Assembly: GCA_964016885.1 (NCBI GenBank)
Contig: OZ024744.1
Coordinates: 42,098,001 to 42,162,000 of the forward strand
Direction: 5' to 3'
Length of the DNA: 64,000 bases
Source of the DNA: Eledone cirrhosa
Lineage: Eukaryota
The position numbers and the translations under genes were made by a program. Positions 10,110-22,546 of this stretch are shown here, piece after piece. Under the pieces are notes generated by a model. The model worked only from the letters and a program-made list of their open reading frames with translations. It did not search any database and was not told the DNA's origin. How positions within the stretch are numbered: position 1 is the stretch's first letter; the number at the start of each line of letters is the position of its first letter.

Positions 10110-12692
10110 AGATAGATTTTATCCTCATCAGAGGACGTGACAGGTGGACGGTCGTAAACACAAAAGCCTTCCCTAGTGAGGAATGTACCTCCCAACATAG
10201 TTTAGTTGTCAGCGACCTCACAGTCAGAACTAGACGAACCTGGAAACAGAGGCCAACCTGGAGAAGAAAGATCTAGAAGCTGAAAGACCCCTCAGCCAGT
10301 AACAGATTTAAAAATATTTTACTCAATGCCTACGACAGTAGAGAAAAACAGATAGAGACATTCAATGTAGAAGCGCACTGGGAGTTCCTAAATAAAAAAT
10401 AACTTACTAGAGGCGACGGATGAGGTCTGTGGCTGGAGTAAGACCACAAGCAGGAGGAGGGTGACTTGGTGGTGGAACAATAAGGTAGATGAGGCAGTTA
10501 AGGCCAAGAGACAGGCATGGAAAGATTGGAAGAATGGGGGGAGCAGGGTACATTACATAGAGACCAAGAGGGAAGCTAGGCGACAAGTATACTTAGCTAG
10601 GAGGGAAGCAGAGGATAGAAAATTCAAGCATGTTTTGCAACGTGAGGACCAGAAACAGGTGTTCAAGATTGCGAGGCAGTGTGACAGAGAGAATTGTGAT
10701 GTCATTGGAGAGAAGTGTATCCGGATGATAAAGGTCAGCTTGCCCTCAAAAGTGCTGAGAAGAAAGATGCATGGAAGAGTCATTATGATAGATTACTAAA
10801 TGAGGAGAATGCATGAAGGCAACCAGTCCATCGCGTATAGCTGCCGAGATGCTGAAGGCATCTGGGTCTGTAGGTCACACTATAACCACACGTATTGTTA
10901 ACCAGGTAATACTAGAAGGTGTCATTCCAAAAGATTGGTGCAGTAGCATCATTGTCAACTGCTACAAAGGTAAAGGTGATGCACTCGATAGAGGAAACTA
11001 TAGAGGTATAAAGCTGATGGACCAGGTCATGAAAGTAACAGAAAGAGTTATAGCACAGTTGATTAGGGACCGGGTGAAACTAGATGAGATGCAATTTGGG
11101 TTTGTACCAGCAAGAGGCACTACTGGTGCCCTCTTCCTTGTGAGGCAGTTACAGGAAAAGTACCTAGCTAAAAGTAAGCCACTCTACCTGGCATTCGTCG
11201 ATCTCGAGAAAGCCTTTGACAGAGTTCCACGTGCTGTAATCTAGTGGGCTCTTAGAAAACTAGGAGTAGATGAATGGCTTGTGAAAGCTGTACAAGCCAT
11301 GTATAGGGGAGCAATGAGTATAGATAAGCAATGAGTATAGCGAGGAATTTAGCGTACAGGTTGGTGTCCACCAGGGCTCTGTTCTTAGCCCTCTCCTGTT
11401 CATCATAGTCCTGCAGGCAATAACGGAGGAGTTTAAGACCGGATGCCCATAGGAACTCCTGTATGCTGATGACCTTGCACTTATAGCTGAATCTATGGTA
11501 GAACTAGAGAAGAAATTCCAAACTTGGAAGCAGGGACTAGAAAGAAAGGGTCTTAAAGTCAACATGACAAAGACTAAGGTCCTTGTAAGTAGACGAAAAA
11601 ACAGAACCCAGATCCCCTCAGGGAAATGGCCTTGCTCAGTATGTAGGAAAGGTGTAGGTAGGAACTCCATTCTCTGCCCCAAATACAAACAATGGGTACA
11701 CAAGAGATGTAGCGGTATCTCAGGAAGCTTAATTAAGAATGTAGGCTTCATATGCAGCAGCTGTGCTGAGACAGCAAGCAGCAAACAGCCACAGGAAACA
11801 AGTACCACCAATCTCTGGGAGGGCTTTGTAGAGACAGTAGACAGCTTCTGCTATCTAGGTGACCGAATTAGCAGCGGAGGTGGGTGTTCACAAAGTACAA
11901 TAACTAGGGTAAGAACAGGATGGAAGAAGTTCAGGGAACTACTGCCACTGCTAGCTGCAAAAGGCTTCTCCCTCAAAATGAAAGGCAGACTGTATGATGC
12001 GTGTATCCGAACAGCCATGTTACATGGTAGTGAGACCTGGGCGCTGAAGGTGGAAGACTTACGTAGATTAGAGAGAAACGAAGCCTGCATGCTCCGATGG
12101 ATGTGTAATAGTAATATACGTGAACGACATAGCATAAATGAATTGAGAGAGAAACTGAGCATAAGAGGAATCAAATGCTGTGTGCAGGAGAGGCGGTTGT
12201 GTTGGCATGGACATGTGATGCGTATGAAGGATGACAGCTGCATAAAAAGGTGCAGAGCACTAGAAGTCAATGGAAACCGTGGAGTGGGGAGACCCAAGAA
12301 GACCTGGGATGAGGTGATAAAAGCCGACCTTACCCAATTACACCTCTCAAAGGCGATGACACACGACTGTGACCTCTGGCATCATGCAGTAATACAGAGT
12401 ACCCGACCTCCCATGGGTACAAGCTGAAGCATATAGACAATATGCCCCCACACCCTCCCACTGCAAGGTGGTCGTGGAGGTGACACGGCAAAAAAGCACC
12501 CAGCCCACACTGTAAATGAGGTTGGTGTTAGGAAGGGCATCCAGCTGTAGAAATCAAGCCAAATCAGTTCCTGTATGAGTAAGACAAGGTCAGCCGACCA
12601 AACACTGCCCACAACAGGACAACCCGTCTAACCCATGCTAGCATGGAAGAACGGACGTAAAACGGTGATGATGATGATGATGATGATGATGA
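10107..12692 (+). mobile_element. 5'-truncated RTE-clade LINE with PHD-like finger inside RT and (GAT)n tail
   Basis: APE end QIDFIL, QHSLVV. Then WWWN..V, NYRGIKLM, QFGFVP, FVDLEKAFDRV, GVHQGSVLSP, LLYADDL, FCYLGD, MLHGSETW, GRPKKTW. Stops and frameshifts present. Confidence 0.92.
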
Positions 12693-12696
12693 TATA

Positions 12697-12891
12697 TAAC
12701 GAAGGAGGTGTGGTAAGGAACCAGATGGACCATAATGTACCAGAGTACTCAATACTTGGAGTAGTAGAGTGGATAATAGGAAAATGTTTGACCCCGACGG
12801 CAGAGCTCAAGTCGTTTCGACGACTATTTCTGTCCAGAAATAGCCATCAAAACGGCTTGAGCTCTGCCGTCGGGGTCATACATTTTCCTAT
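12697..12891 (-). mobile_element. Fold-back (hairpin) element, probable Penelope-like pLTR remnant with 3' half of a hammerhead ribozyme
   Basis: ~57-bp inverted arms at 12776-12891 with a 2-nt loop. Arm consensus GAAACGGC-ttgagctct-GCCGTC-gggg. Flanked by TA repeats; same family as 24120-24257. Confidence 0.65.
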
Positions 12892-13370
12892 ATATATATA
12901 GATATATATAAATATATAAACCCTCTCTTTCACACACACTCATACATACATACACACATACAAGGATACATGCATGTATTTATTCATGTATGCATATAGA
13001 GCATATCCAATCATAGTTGCTTATGAAATCTCTAAACACCCGAGGCCTATAATATCAGACATTTTATCAGAGTCCTAAGTAAACCAACAAGAAATCTGAA
13101 TTGAAGCAATTCCGATTCAGTCACTTTTGGCGATATTCTTCTGAATTTCATCTATTATAAACACAGATGTAGATATTGGCATTTTAGCAACAGAGGCGTA
13201 ATCTTATTAAATGGTCTCGCAGCGACTTTTCTAATATACATTCACTCTAAAATGAAGTAAAATGTCTCAACATTTTCAAATAGATTTGATTATTTATTAG
13301 GTCATATCCATGTGTGTGTGTACATGCATTAAATGAATGAACATATGTTTGTATGTTTCTTGTATGTATG

Positions 13371-13775
13371 TTCTTCTGGTTTTATAATTTCCCAATTTTT
13401 TTCCCAATAGAGGGAGAGTCGATTTCTAACATAGACTCAAGACTCTCTCATTGGAATTTACAAAATATCAACAAGGTAGATTATGTATGCATGTATGTGT
13501 AGATATGGATGTTATTGTATGTGTGGATGTGGATGTTTTGAGTTCTATGTGTGTATGTGTATATGCTTTGTATCTGTACATGTGTATATGTAGTTATTAG
13601 ATGCAAAATCTTTGGAATGTTTTACATATTTTTACTGTTCCATTAATGGATTGTACTTGTAATTTCCTAACTAGTTGTGTTCTTTCTGTTCCTGTGAAGC
13701 CTAGCTTCTCAAGATTTGTATTGAGGCAGTTACTAACATACCCCAGTGCCCCAATAATCACAGGCATAAATCTGC
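13371..13775 (-). mobile_element. R4/Dong-like 3' end
   Basis: Highly similar to 6086-6460 and flanked by (TATG)-like repeats. Confidence 0.85.
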
Positions 13776-13894
13776 ATGCATGTATGTATATATGTATGTA
13801 TGTATGAATGTATGTATTTATATGTATATATGTGTGTATGTTTGTATGTATGTATGTATGTATGAGTGTATGTGTGTATATGTATGTTTGTATG

Positions 13895-15180
13895 TTTTTC
13901 TGGTTTTACAATTTTATAAGTTTCTACTAATAGAGAGTGAGTCGGTTTCTAACATAGACACAAGACTCTCTCATTGGTATTTACACAACATTAACGAGGT
14001 AGATATGTATGCATGTCTGCATGTCTCATGCATGCATGTGTAGATATGGATATTATTGTATATGTGGATGTGTATGTTTTGAGTTGTATGTGTGCATGTG
14101 TATATGCTTTGTATCTGAACATGTGTATATGCACTTATCAGATGCAGAATTTTTGGAATGCTTTACATATTTTTGCTCTTCCATTTATAGATTCATCATC
14201 ATCATCATCATTTTACGTCCGCTTTTCCCTGCTTGCAAGGGTGGGACGGGAACTGATGCTGGCTTGATTTCTACAGCTGGATGCCCTTCCTAACACCAAC
14301 CTCATTTACAGTGAGTGCTGGGTGCTTTTTTGCCGTGGCACCTCCACGACCACTTTGCAGTGGAATGATATGGACCCCAGTCCTATCATCTCATTTCTAC
14401 AGCTGAGTAAACTGGAGCAATGTGAAATAAAGTGTCTTGTTCAAGGAAACAACACATCACCCGGTCTGAGATTTGAACTCACAACCTTTCGATTGCAAGG
14501 CCAATGCTCTAACCATTAAGCCATGTGCCTCCATTGTATTTGTAATTTCCTAACTAAGTATCATTCAAGGAGTTCCTTCCCAACTCTCATGATCTTATCT
14601 GTCTCATACAAACAGACTTGCTCAATAGATGGACTCCTACGCTTCGAGGTTCGTAAATGTTGTCGGAGGGATATGATGTGATACTCAAATGCTGTCTAGA
14701 CTGATGTTAAGCCTCTACCCCCCCTGCTTATGTTTCAAGTAAAGGTAGTTTATGTCACTGTTGATGTGGAAGTTTCTGATGCTGTTTAGGATTTTTTGTG
14801 TTTTAATATCAATTGCTCAGATTTCTTCCATCGTCCACTCGAGTATACCAAACGTTGATGTTAGGACAGGCACAGCAAACACATTGTGAGCCACGGTTTT
14901 ATTGTGTGCAGAGAGTTCCGATGACCATATTTTTATTAATCGGGTGTAATATTCCCTGGTTTCTTATTACAAATACCATTATAGGATATATTCTTATCTA
15001 TCTCCAGGTACCTGTAGCAGTCCTTGTCAGATATAGGTGAAACAGTTAGGCCATTGATGAAAATGTTGCTAGATTGAGTTGTATTTTTTCCCCACTTTAC
15101 AGTCATATATGAACATTTATCTTGGCCAAACTCCATTCCTATATCCTTTGAGAATGTTGAACCAGGTCAAGATTTTTCTT
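13895..15180 (-). mobile_element. R4/Dong-like fragment interrupted by SINEs
   Basis: 3' UTR matches 13371. The sequence resumes at 14533 after the SINE inserts, then gives GMEFGQDKC...YRYLEID RT-thumb motifs. Confidence 0.75.
14193..14532 (-). mobile_element. tRNA-derived SINE plus (GAT)n-tailed SINE segment nested in the R4 element
   Basis: Reverse complement shows A-box tggcttaatgg, B-box gagttcaaatc and ccttgaacaagacactt core. (CAT)n at 14194-14210. Confidence 0.8.
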
Positions 15181-15299
15181 CATCCTAATCTATGATGTTA
15201 AAATGAATTTTAAACTCTCGCCACCTTCCTTGCGTGAGAAGTATAGTCTATCCACATCACCATTCATGTTAAAGTTTCCAGTAACACTGAGAAGCTTGC

Positions 15300-16458
15300 G
15301 AATTCTTACCACATAGTTCTTGCAATGACCAGTTCAGCAGGTCAAATGTTGGTGTTAGGATTGGCACAGCAGAAGTTTTGTGAGCAATGTATTTGTTGTA
15401 CACAGATAATTCTGATGGCCATATTTTCTTTTCTCTCCTGAGGTATTCAGTTCTGGTCCTCTCCTAATTTATGGGTCCATCATATCAGACATTCTCCTCT
15501 GTCCAAGATATCTGTAGTTGTCACCTGACTGCAGAGGTTGTATTTTCAAGCCATTCATCTGTAGATTTCCAGACATATCCCTTCCATGTTTTACTGTCAA
15601 ATATGCACATTTGGACTATAGTTGGTATTTGGCCCATACAGCTTCAGGTCATCAACAAAGAAAAGATGGGAGATATTTCGAGACCCACTTCTATGACCAC
15701 CTTGTTTTGTGAGCAGGTATGATAATGGGTTTGGTGAGAGGACAAAGAGCAGCACTGATAAGCTATCACCCTGAAAGAAGCCTTTCTGGTAGTGTATTGT
15801 ATCAGTCTCAATTTGTTCCTTCTCACCCCTAAGGATCAAATTGGTGTACCAATTCTTGGTCAGGCATGCAACAGCTGTGGGACTTTGGCTAACTGTAAAG
15901 CCTTAATAATCCACCCATGAGGTACACTATCAAAAGCCTTCTGATAGTCCAGCAACACCTGCAATTCTTTGTTGCTTTTTCCTGTATCATTTTATTTGTT
16001 AGTAGGTGATCTATGCCGTCCCACACCTCTTTCTTTCCACCAGCTTGCTCAGGTGTTATAATGTTGTTGGTGGCACAATGATCCTGTAAGAATAGATTAA
16101 GGCACCCAGTGTATAATCCATACATGATGTTTTGGCAGGCTATTGGGCAGTAATTTTTAGCAAGGGTGGTTTGGTTATTTTGGGGAATGAGGAGAGTAGT
16201 GGTAGTTGATAACCATTGGGGTAGTTCTTGTGTGCCTTTGATGGTTTCTCTAAACAGCCGTATTAGATCTTGCCAATAGAAGGTGAAATTCTTCAGCCAG
16301 TATCCTGTTATGAGGTCTGGGCCTGGTAATTTCCTACTCAACATTTTCTGCAGAACTGTTTCCAGTATTGACCCATCTATGTCATATTGTTTTGTCTGGA
16401 CATGCTGGCAGTATTCCTGTTCCAGTACTTTTAGACATTTAGTTTGTTTGTTAAATCC
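15300..16458 (-). mobile_element. R4/Dong-like RT fragment
   Basis: PGPDLITGYWLK, PQWL, NYCPIAC, PEQAG, LDYQKAFDSVPH, GFFQGDSLS, SHLFFVDDLKLY. Confidence 0.88.
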
Positions 16459-17239
16459 GTATGTATGATTGTATTATTGTATGTATGTATATATGTATTT
16501 ATTTATGTATGTATGTATGTGTGTGTGTGTGTATGTGTGTTTGTGCAAGGAAAATTCTGATGTAAAACCTGTACTTCTTTTTTAGATACCTGTGATTTTT
16601 GTTCAGAGAGGGGAATTGGTCCAGTGATAGGCCTTTCTTCACTTCACTCTTCATGAGACAGCAGTGTTGAAATTACACAAAAGGCTATTGGAGTCCCAAG
16701 GCACCCCTTAAATTTAGGTGGATTTCCAGACTATGCATGAAGTAATATTTGTTAAACCATATGTGTTACAGGATCTATATCATGAAATTCAGCACCTTTT
16801 ATATATATATTTGTAATTATTAGCATTACAATGGAGGTGAATTAAAGTAAAATTTATTGACTGGAAAAATGTTATTGAATAAAACAAACATTTGTCATAG
16901 TTAAATTTATCATACATATAAAACTATATAGAAAATAAATCAAAATTATTAATACATATCAGTACAAATATGAAGTAATTTGACTTATGGTTCATCAGAG
17001 TTTTGGACACAATTATTGCATTTTAAATAAAACGAATTTTCTCAGAATATCTGAAGAAAAATATTAGTTTCACAAAAGGCCAATGGGGTCCAGTCTGACC
17101 CCAAATAAATAGTTTTATGTTATAACATCCATATGACAGGAACATTTTAGCTCCGAATTTGTATGTAGATATATAAACTATTTATATACTACTAAGATTC
17201 TGTAATTGCTTGCTTGCTTGTCTGTAATGTAATACTCCG

Positions 17240-17690
17240 GTTACATACCCTCCGTTCCTTCCATATCCTCTCTTCTGACCACGTCACTTCCCGCTTTTAT
17301 CCAACCCCACCCATTACTGCTTTTAAGCATGCCCAAAACATCCGTGACTTCCTGGTTCACAGTTCCTAATGGTCCTCTCCCACGACTCCACCCGGCTCTC
17401 ATCCTTGTTCCCATTGCCGCTGCAACACTTGTCCTTTTATTTCAACCCTCATCACTCTTACAGGCCCTAATGGGTCTTTCCGTATCCACCATTCCTTCAC
17501 CTGCACATCCACCCACATTGTCTATGCCCTCCGGTGTTCCCTTTGCAGGTCTTTATATATCGGACAAACGGAACGCCGTATGGCGGACCATTTTGCTGAA
17601 CATTTGAGGGACTTATGACTCAGTTTGGATACTCCTGTCGCCCATCATTTCTGTTCTCCTGGTCATTCTTCCCTACATGTTTCAGTCCGG
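17240..17690 (+). mobile_element. Penelope-like element (Neptune-type) linker + GIY-YIG endonuclease fragment
   Basis: Manual translation: FHILSSD..F.PPITAFKHAQNIRDFLVHS, then PCSHCRCNTC...FTCTSTHIVYALRCSLCRSLYIGQTERRMADHFAEHLRD, PVAHHF. This frame is not shown in the ORF track. Confidence 0.85.
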
Positions 17691-18930
17691 GGTGGTTTGA
17701 CTTAGCGTTAACATATACCAGTTTCTCGTTGTGATTGTGATAGGGGTAGTATTGCTCAGTGCTCAGGTTTAGGGTGGTGTCTAGGAAGTTGACTACCTTT
17801 CTATTTGGATCTAATTCAATACTGAGCCCATGGTTCTTAAAGTAATGTCTAATTCGGCTCTTCATTCTCTCCACCATAGTGGTGCTGTGGTCATAGACTG
17901 TGAAGAGAGCATCGTCATGATATAATCCACCGTCCACACAGGGGATTTCTTCTTTTATCTGCTTCAGCAGGCAGAGCCCAACCAGGTCCGTTGGAGCCCA
18001 TCGTGATATCAAAGTTATTTGGCCAATTACTCCTGGTCCAAAGGTCTCCACCGAAATGGATCAAGGTCTTTCTGGCTGCGTGGATGATGCCTACCTCCTC
18101 GCGGGTTAGGTCCGTATTGGACATCGCTAAAATAAGAGCCTTATTAAGCACTGTGGGCGAGATTGAGGAGTAGTAGCCTGCGATATCCAGTTGAATAAAG
18201 CTGGTCCTACTTTTTTCAGATAATATCGTAAACCATTCTATTACCTCTCCTGTGTATGACCATTGCTGTAATCTAGTTTTTTTCCGAAGCGTAGGCAAAA
18301 TCCTATCCCCAGGTCCAGTCTAACCGGGAGAGGTTGGACTCAAAGTTTGGCTTGTAATCTTTAATGGTAATCCTCAGCTCCCTTGGTTAGTATGGGGCCA
18401 TCCTATCCTCTATGCCGAGTCCGGATATTATCCTGCAAGCTGTGGCGTTGATCTCATCCAGGGTAACTCCAGGTGTTTTTCCGTAGCACTTCCTCAGTTC
18501 TCCGAGAATTATCTTATTATACAGTTCCATGTCCATGCTGTAGAGGTTATTGGTTTTATCAGCATGGACGAGTATTCCAGTTGTCTCTTTAAGTTTGGTA
18601 ATCCCGTTTCCCAGGTGTCTCAGGTACTCCCGACTCCTGGGTGGATGTCCAGAGAATTTGACGTGGGAGATAATGTTAATCATCTCGTTTTTGAACTCCT
18701 CCATTAGCCTGTTGTGGGGAGGGTTCCTCCTTGATCTAAAAAGGTACTCCATGTTTTGGGCGTTGGTAATTTTAGGCGTTCCTCTTTCAAAGTGGAACGC
18801 CTTCCATCTCATCCTACGGACAAGGGAGTCTCTACTCTTGATGAGATCACTGGTGTATTATTGTTTGCCTGGTAGTGGTATATCCTTCAGTGACGCCAAG
18901 GTTGCCAGTTTTTCCATTGCGACTTATGTC
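17690..18930 (-). mobile_element. Penelope-like element RT, N-terminal part to thumb, degenerate
   Basis: MRWKAFHF, ADKTNNLY, ITIKDYKPNF, QWS.T.EVIEWF, FIQLDI..YYSSI, FDITMGS, GLYHDD, VNFLDTTL, YVNAKSNHP. Confidence 0.85.
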
Positions 18931-19494
18931 CAGTACTATTTGAAGCGCGCAACACGTGGTGGAGCTAGATAAATTTTGAGTATATGTTAGTTGTTTATAT
19001 ATATATATACACACACACACATATATGTATATACGCACATATATATATATATACATACACGCACGTATATATATATGGGCCTTCCAGTTTCATTTCACAT
19101 TATATACATGTCTGTGTATATTTTAATTACTTAAAAATTATCTTTAAGTGAACATGATTTTAAAAAAATATTTTGAAGTGAACGTGACCCAACAGGTCAT
19201 GGGTAGTCTAGCGTACTATAAAAGTCAGGAGGTATAAAGTCTTTAAAATAAAAAAAATTATAAAATGACCTAACGTTAAACATTTACTGGGATCCAAAGC
19301 TTCAAGCACAGGCATCACTTGATCTAAACAACTTTCGCATGTATTGCATGAGCATGGCTGGTTGTAGCCAAAAAGGACTCTTTTTTCGTGCCACCCATCT
19401 ATAAGGCTGGGGAGAAATCAAGTAATGGTAATTCTCGAAATCAAAATGTAACTATCATGCATATATGTATGCGCGTATGTATGTGTGTATGTAT

Positions 19495-19895
19495 GGTGGA
19501 GGAACTCTGGAGAGCCAACAGCCATCGAATAAATAAACATTTTTTTTTTGTGGAACGAGAGACTCCTAGTCTTCATTAAGCCATCTCTCTAGGAGAAGGT
19601 CTCTATCATATAAAACTTGTGACTTCATTTACATCCAATGATGCAGACCATTCCTACTTTTTGGGTAAAGGTATTCGATGTTCAGGGTGGGATTGGCCCT
19701 GTGCAAAGACTTTCCTCACATAAAAAAGTTTCAAACACTGGCATCACTTGATATGTGACATTTTTTGCGATGCATAGCATTGCTGGCCATAGGCAAGTCC
19801 CTAACAGGACTAAAAAGCCACGTCCGTGATGCTCATGCTTAAGTATCAAGCGATGGCATTACTCAAAATCATGTTGTAGCCATCATGTATGTATG
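19495..19895 (+). mobile_element. Diverged RTE-derived non-autonomous element (5' UTR fused to zinc-finger end and tail)
   Basis: ctaggagaagg...gtgggattggc...gtgca..ctttcctcac matches 910-1060. ggactaaaaagccac (GLKSH) matches 4735-4750. Ends in gtagccatcatgtatgtatg. Confidence 0.65.
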
Positions 19896-19896
19896 T

Positions 19897-20045
19897 TTGT
19901 TTCTCTTTCTCTTAATTTCGAGTACATTTTTGACTGGCCACCTTCCTGGTGGCAAAGCTGTAAAAGAAAAGAAATTGTCATATCTTGCACCGCAAGAATG
20001 TTTTGCAAATTTTGAAGCTGCCAGATATCACAGCCATTTGTAGTC
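19897..20045 (-). mobile_element. R4/Dong-like extreme 3' end
   Basis: Matches 5096-5220 (tttctctttctcttaatttcg...caagaatgttt..caaattttgaag). Confidence 0.8.
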
Positions 20046-20137
20046 TATGTATGTATGTATGTATATGTATGTTTCATCATCATCGTTTAACGTCCATCAT
20101 ATACTTTTAATATATATGTATATATGTATGTATGTAT

Positions 20138-20460
20138 GATCACTCGGTTAAACCACAGGGAGTGAAGGACCCCTAGCCTTTGTCAGGGCATTCTTCTAGA
20201 AGGTAACTCAGGAAACTGGGATAACGCCAACATGGCTCAGTAGTTACCGATGATGTTGATCTTTTCTTCTTTTCTGTTTATAGCTACTGTCACTCAGAGA
20301 GTGGCATTGGCTCAGTGCACAGTCTTTCCTCACTTTTAAAAAAATCTTCACGCACAAGCATTGTACAATAAAATTAATTAATAATTATTAATAATGGTAT
20401 ATCGTGCAATGGCCATACTCAATAACGAGGAGGAAACTATCATCATCATGTACATATGTA
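20138..20460 (+). mobile_element. RTE-derived bipartite non-autonomous element (SINE-like)
   Basis: First ~260 bp match 853-1120 and join directly to the 3' terminus seen at 5033-5090. Confidence 0.8.
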
Positions 20461-20859
20461 TGCATGTGTGCATGTAAGTGGGTATGTATGTATGTATGTA
20501 TGTATATGTGTATGCTTGTAACCCTTTCCCTCCCTATATATCTCTTTCTAAAGTATGTTAATCAACCATTTTCTCTGTTGGCACCTTTAGATAGTTTGCT
20601 ATGGCATGTGGAAATATTAATTGAGTTTTCATCCATGCATGTAGCCATTTTCTAATTTGGTGTGAATTGCACATAAGGGAAAAATTAAAGTTGGAGTCTT
20701 AGTGAGCAAGTAGATGAACATACGTATGGGTCTAATCCATGAGTAAAGGAATGATAGCTTGAATCAAGGAGTAGCTATGGTGTTATTTTGGTTGGCTTAA
20801 GAAAAGTCATTGTATTGGGAATAGTTGACAATTAATGAAATACATTTCGCACTTTTATG

Positions 20860-21235
20860 TAAGTATATAACACTCTGCACCCAACCCCATACATCTCCCA
20901 TGAGGACAAGGTGAAATATACAACCAGCAAAGCCTCCAGCCAACACTGAAAAGTGCTCGTGATGGAGACGCAACAAAAAGCGTCCAGTCCACACTGTAAA
21001 GTGGACGTGTAGGTGTCACAACAAAATGCACCCAGTCCACACTGTAAATGTGGTTGGCGTTAGGAAGAGTATCTAGCTATAGAAACCAAGCCAGACTCAA
21101 CCCTGCATGAGCAAAACATGGACCCATGACCAGATCTCTCACAAAGGGGCAGCCCATCCTACCCATGTTAATGTGGGAAATGGACATTAAACGATGATGA
21201 TGATGATGATGTTGATGATATTCTTGATGATGATG
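20860..21235 (+). mobile_element. (GAT)n-tailed SINE/LINE 3' region with ~50-bp internal tandem units
   Basis: Repeated ccagtccacactgtaaa units, then ggttggcgttaggaag...acccatg...ggacattaaacgatgatg. Confidence 0.75.
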
Positions 21236-21589
21236 GTTTTCGAATAACGTGGGGTAGTGGATGAGGAACCAGTTAACTGCAGGCCAACTCTCATATATTT
21301 GGTACTACTATACTTGATGTAGTCATCCAAGATGTTTTAATTTGTTAAAATAACACATGCTTATCTTTAATGCTTTGATATCAAGAAGGGTAGATAACCC
21401 TTAAAATTTATAATTATTGAATATTCAATTTCAATAATTCAAATTCCAGTAATTGTCTCCCCATTTGCCTTTTTTTTTCTATCAATTAATAATGAAGATA
21501 ATAATTTGTTCTTCTCACTGTGGGTGTAATTTTGATTAACTAATTGATTAAATAAATAACCATGTCGAGCTCTTATTTTAACAAATGTG

Positions 21590-21860
21590 TTTTTTCAGGC
21601 AGCATGGCTGAATAGTAAAGAAATTTGCTTCACAATGTTAAAGTCTCGGGGTGAATCTCATTGCATGGCATTTGAGATGATCAGTGGATTGGCAGTTGCG
21701 ACCCTTTACATTTGGAGTTCAAATCCTGCCAAGGTTAGCTATGCCATTCATCCTTATGGGGTTAATGAAGTAAAGTACCAGTAACAGACTGGGGTGGATT
21801 TAATCGACTTTCCCCTCCTTGAAATAGCTGGCATTGTGAGTGAGATTTGGTAAATGGAAG
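21590..21860 (+). mobile_element. tRNA-derived SINE (same family as 435-620)
   Basis: ggagttcaaatcctgcc...gccattcatccttatggggttaatgaagtaaagtaccagt. Confidence 0.7.
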
Positions 21861-22546
21861 AAACTGTTTGTACCTGTAATTCAAAGACTCGTGTCATACT
21901 GAATCTTCCTGAAAATTATGTTAAAGGCCACATGTGTCTGTGAAATGCTGATCCTCTTACATGGTAATTTCATAAGCAGGCTTTTATGTGGATTAAACTA
22001 CTGGAACACTCAATATCAAAACCAATGGAGTTCCATTTCATTCCATGGGGATTTTTCCTCAACAATTCTACTATGTATTAATAGGAAGAATATTTTTAAT
22101 TCATCTGTGTATCTATGTATATCTGGAATTTTAGAATATGGTTAATGATGTATCAGAGTTAATAAATTGCATTAGTTATTCCATTAGTTTCATATATTCA
22201 ATTTTCACAAATTGATTACAATTTTATCCATTAATTACACAAACATTTCTTTTTACTTTTATTCTTTCACTTTTTTTAAAAATTGATTTTAGTAATTATA
22301 CTGCAGCCAAGTTTGAACATCGCCTTCAGGTGCTTTAGTAAATTATATTCACATGGCAGTACTTACTTTTACAAGTTTTGCACTTGTTTTATTGATCACC
22401 ATTTGCCAAAGTGCTAGGTTACAGGACATAATGAAACAGTAAACATAATTACAGACATGGATACACAAACATATAAATATATACATATAAATATATACAT
22501 ACATATGTTAATACATACACACACACACTTCCACTTATATATATAT

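Noticed and set aside
12990-13260. Possible terminal exon (+: AYPIIVAYEISKHPRPIISDILSES*; -: SECILEKSLRDHLIRLRLCC*)
   Set aside because: Short, no recognisable homology, and either strand is equally plausible; needs RNA-seq.
14400-14532. tRNA gene (A and B boxes), also at 25373-25440 and 21715-21735
   Set aside because: No intact cloverleaf, and each continues into a SINE body.
16586-16720. Candidate exon after tttttag
   Set aside because: Stops in all three frames before a plausible donor.
17329-17607. ORF-track 92-aa protein MPKTSVTSW...
   Set aside because: Alternative frame overlapping the PLE GIY-YIG reading frame.
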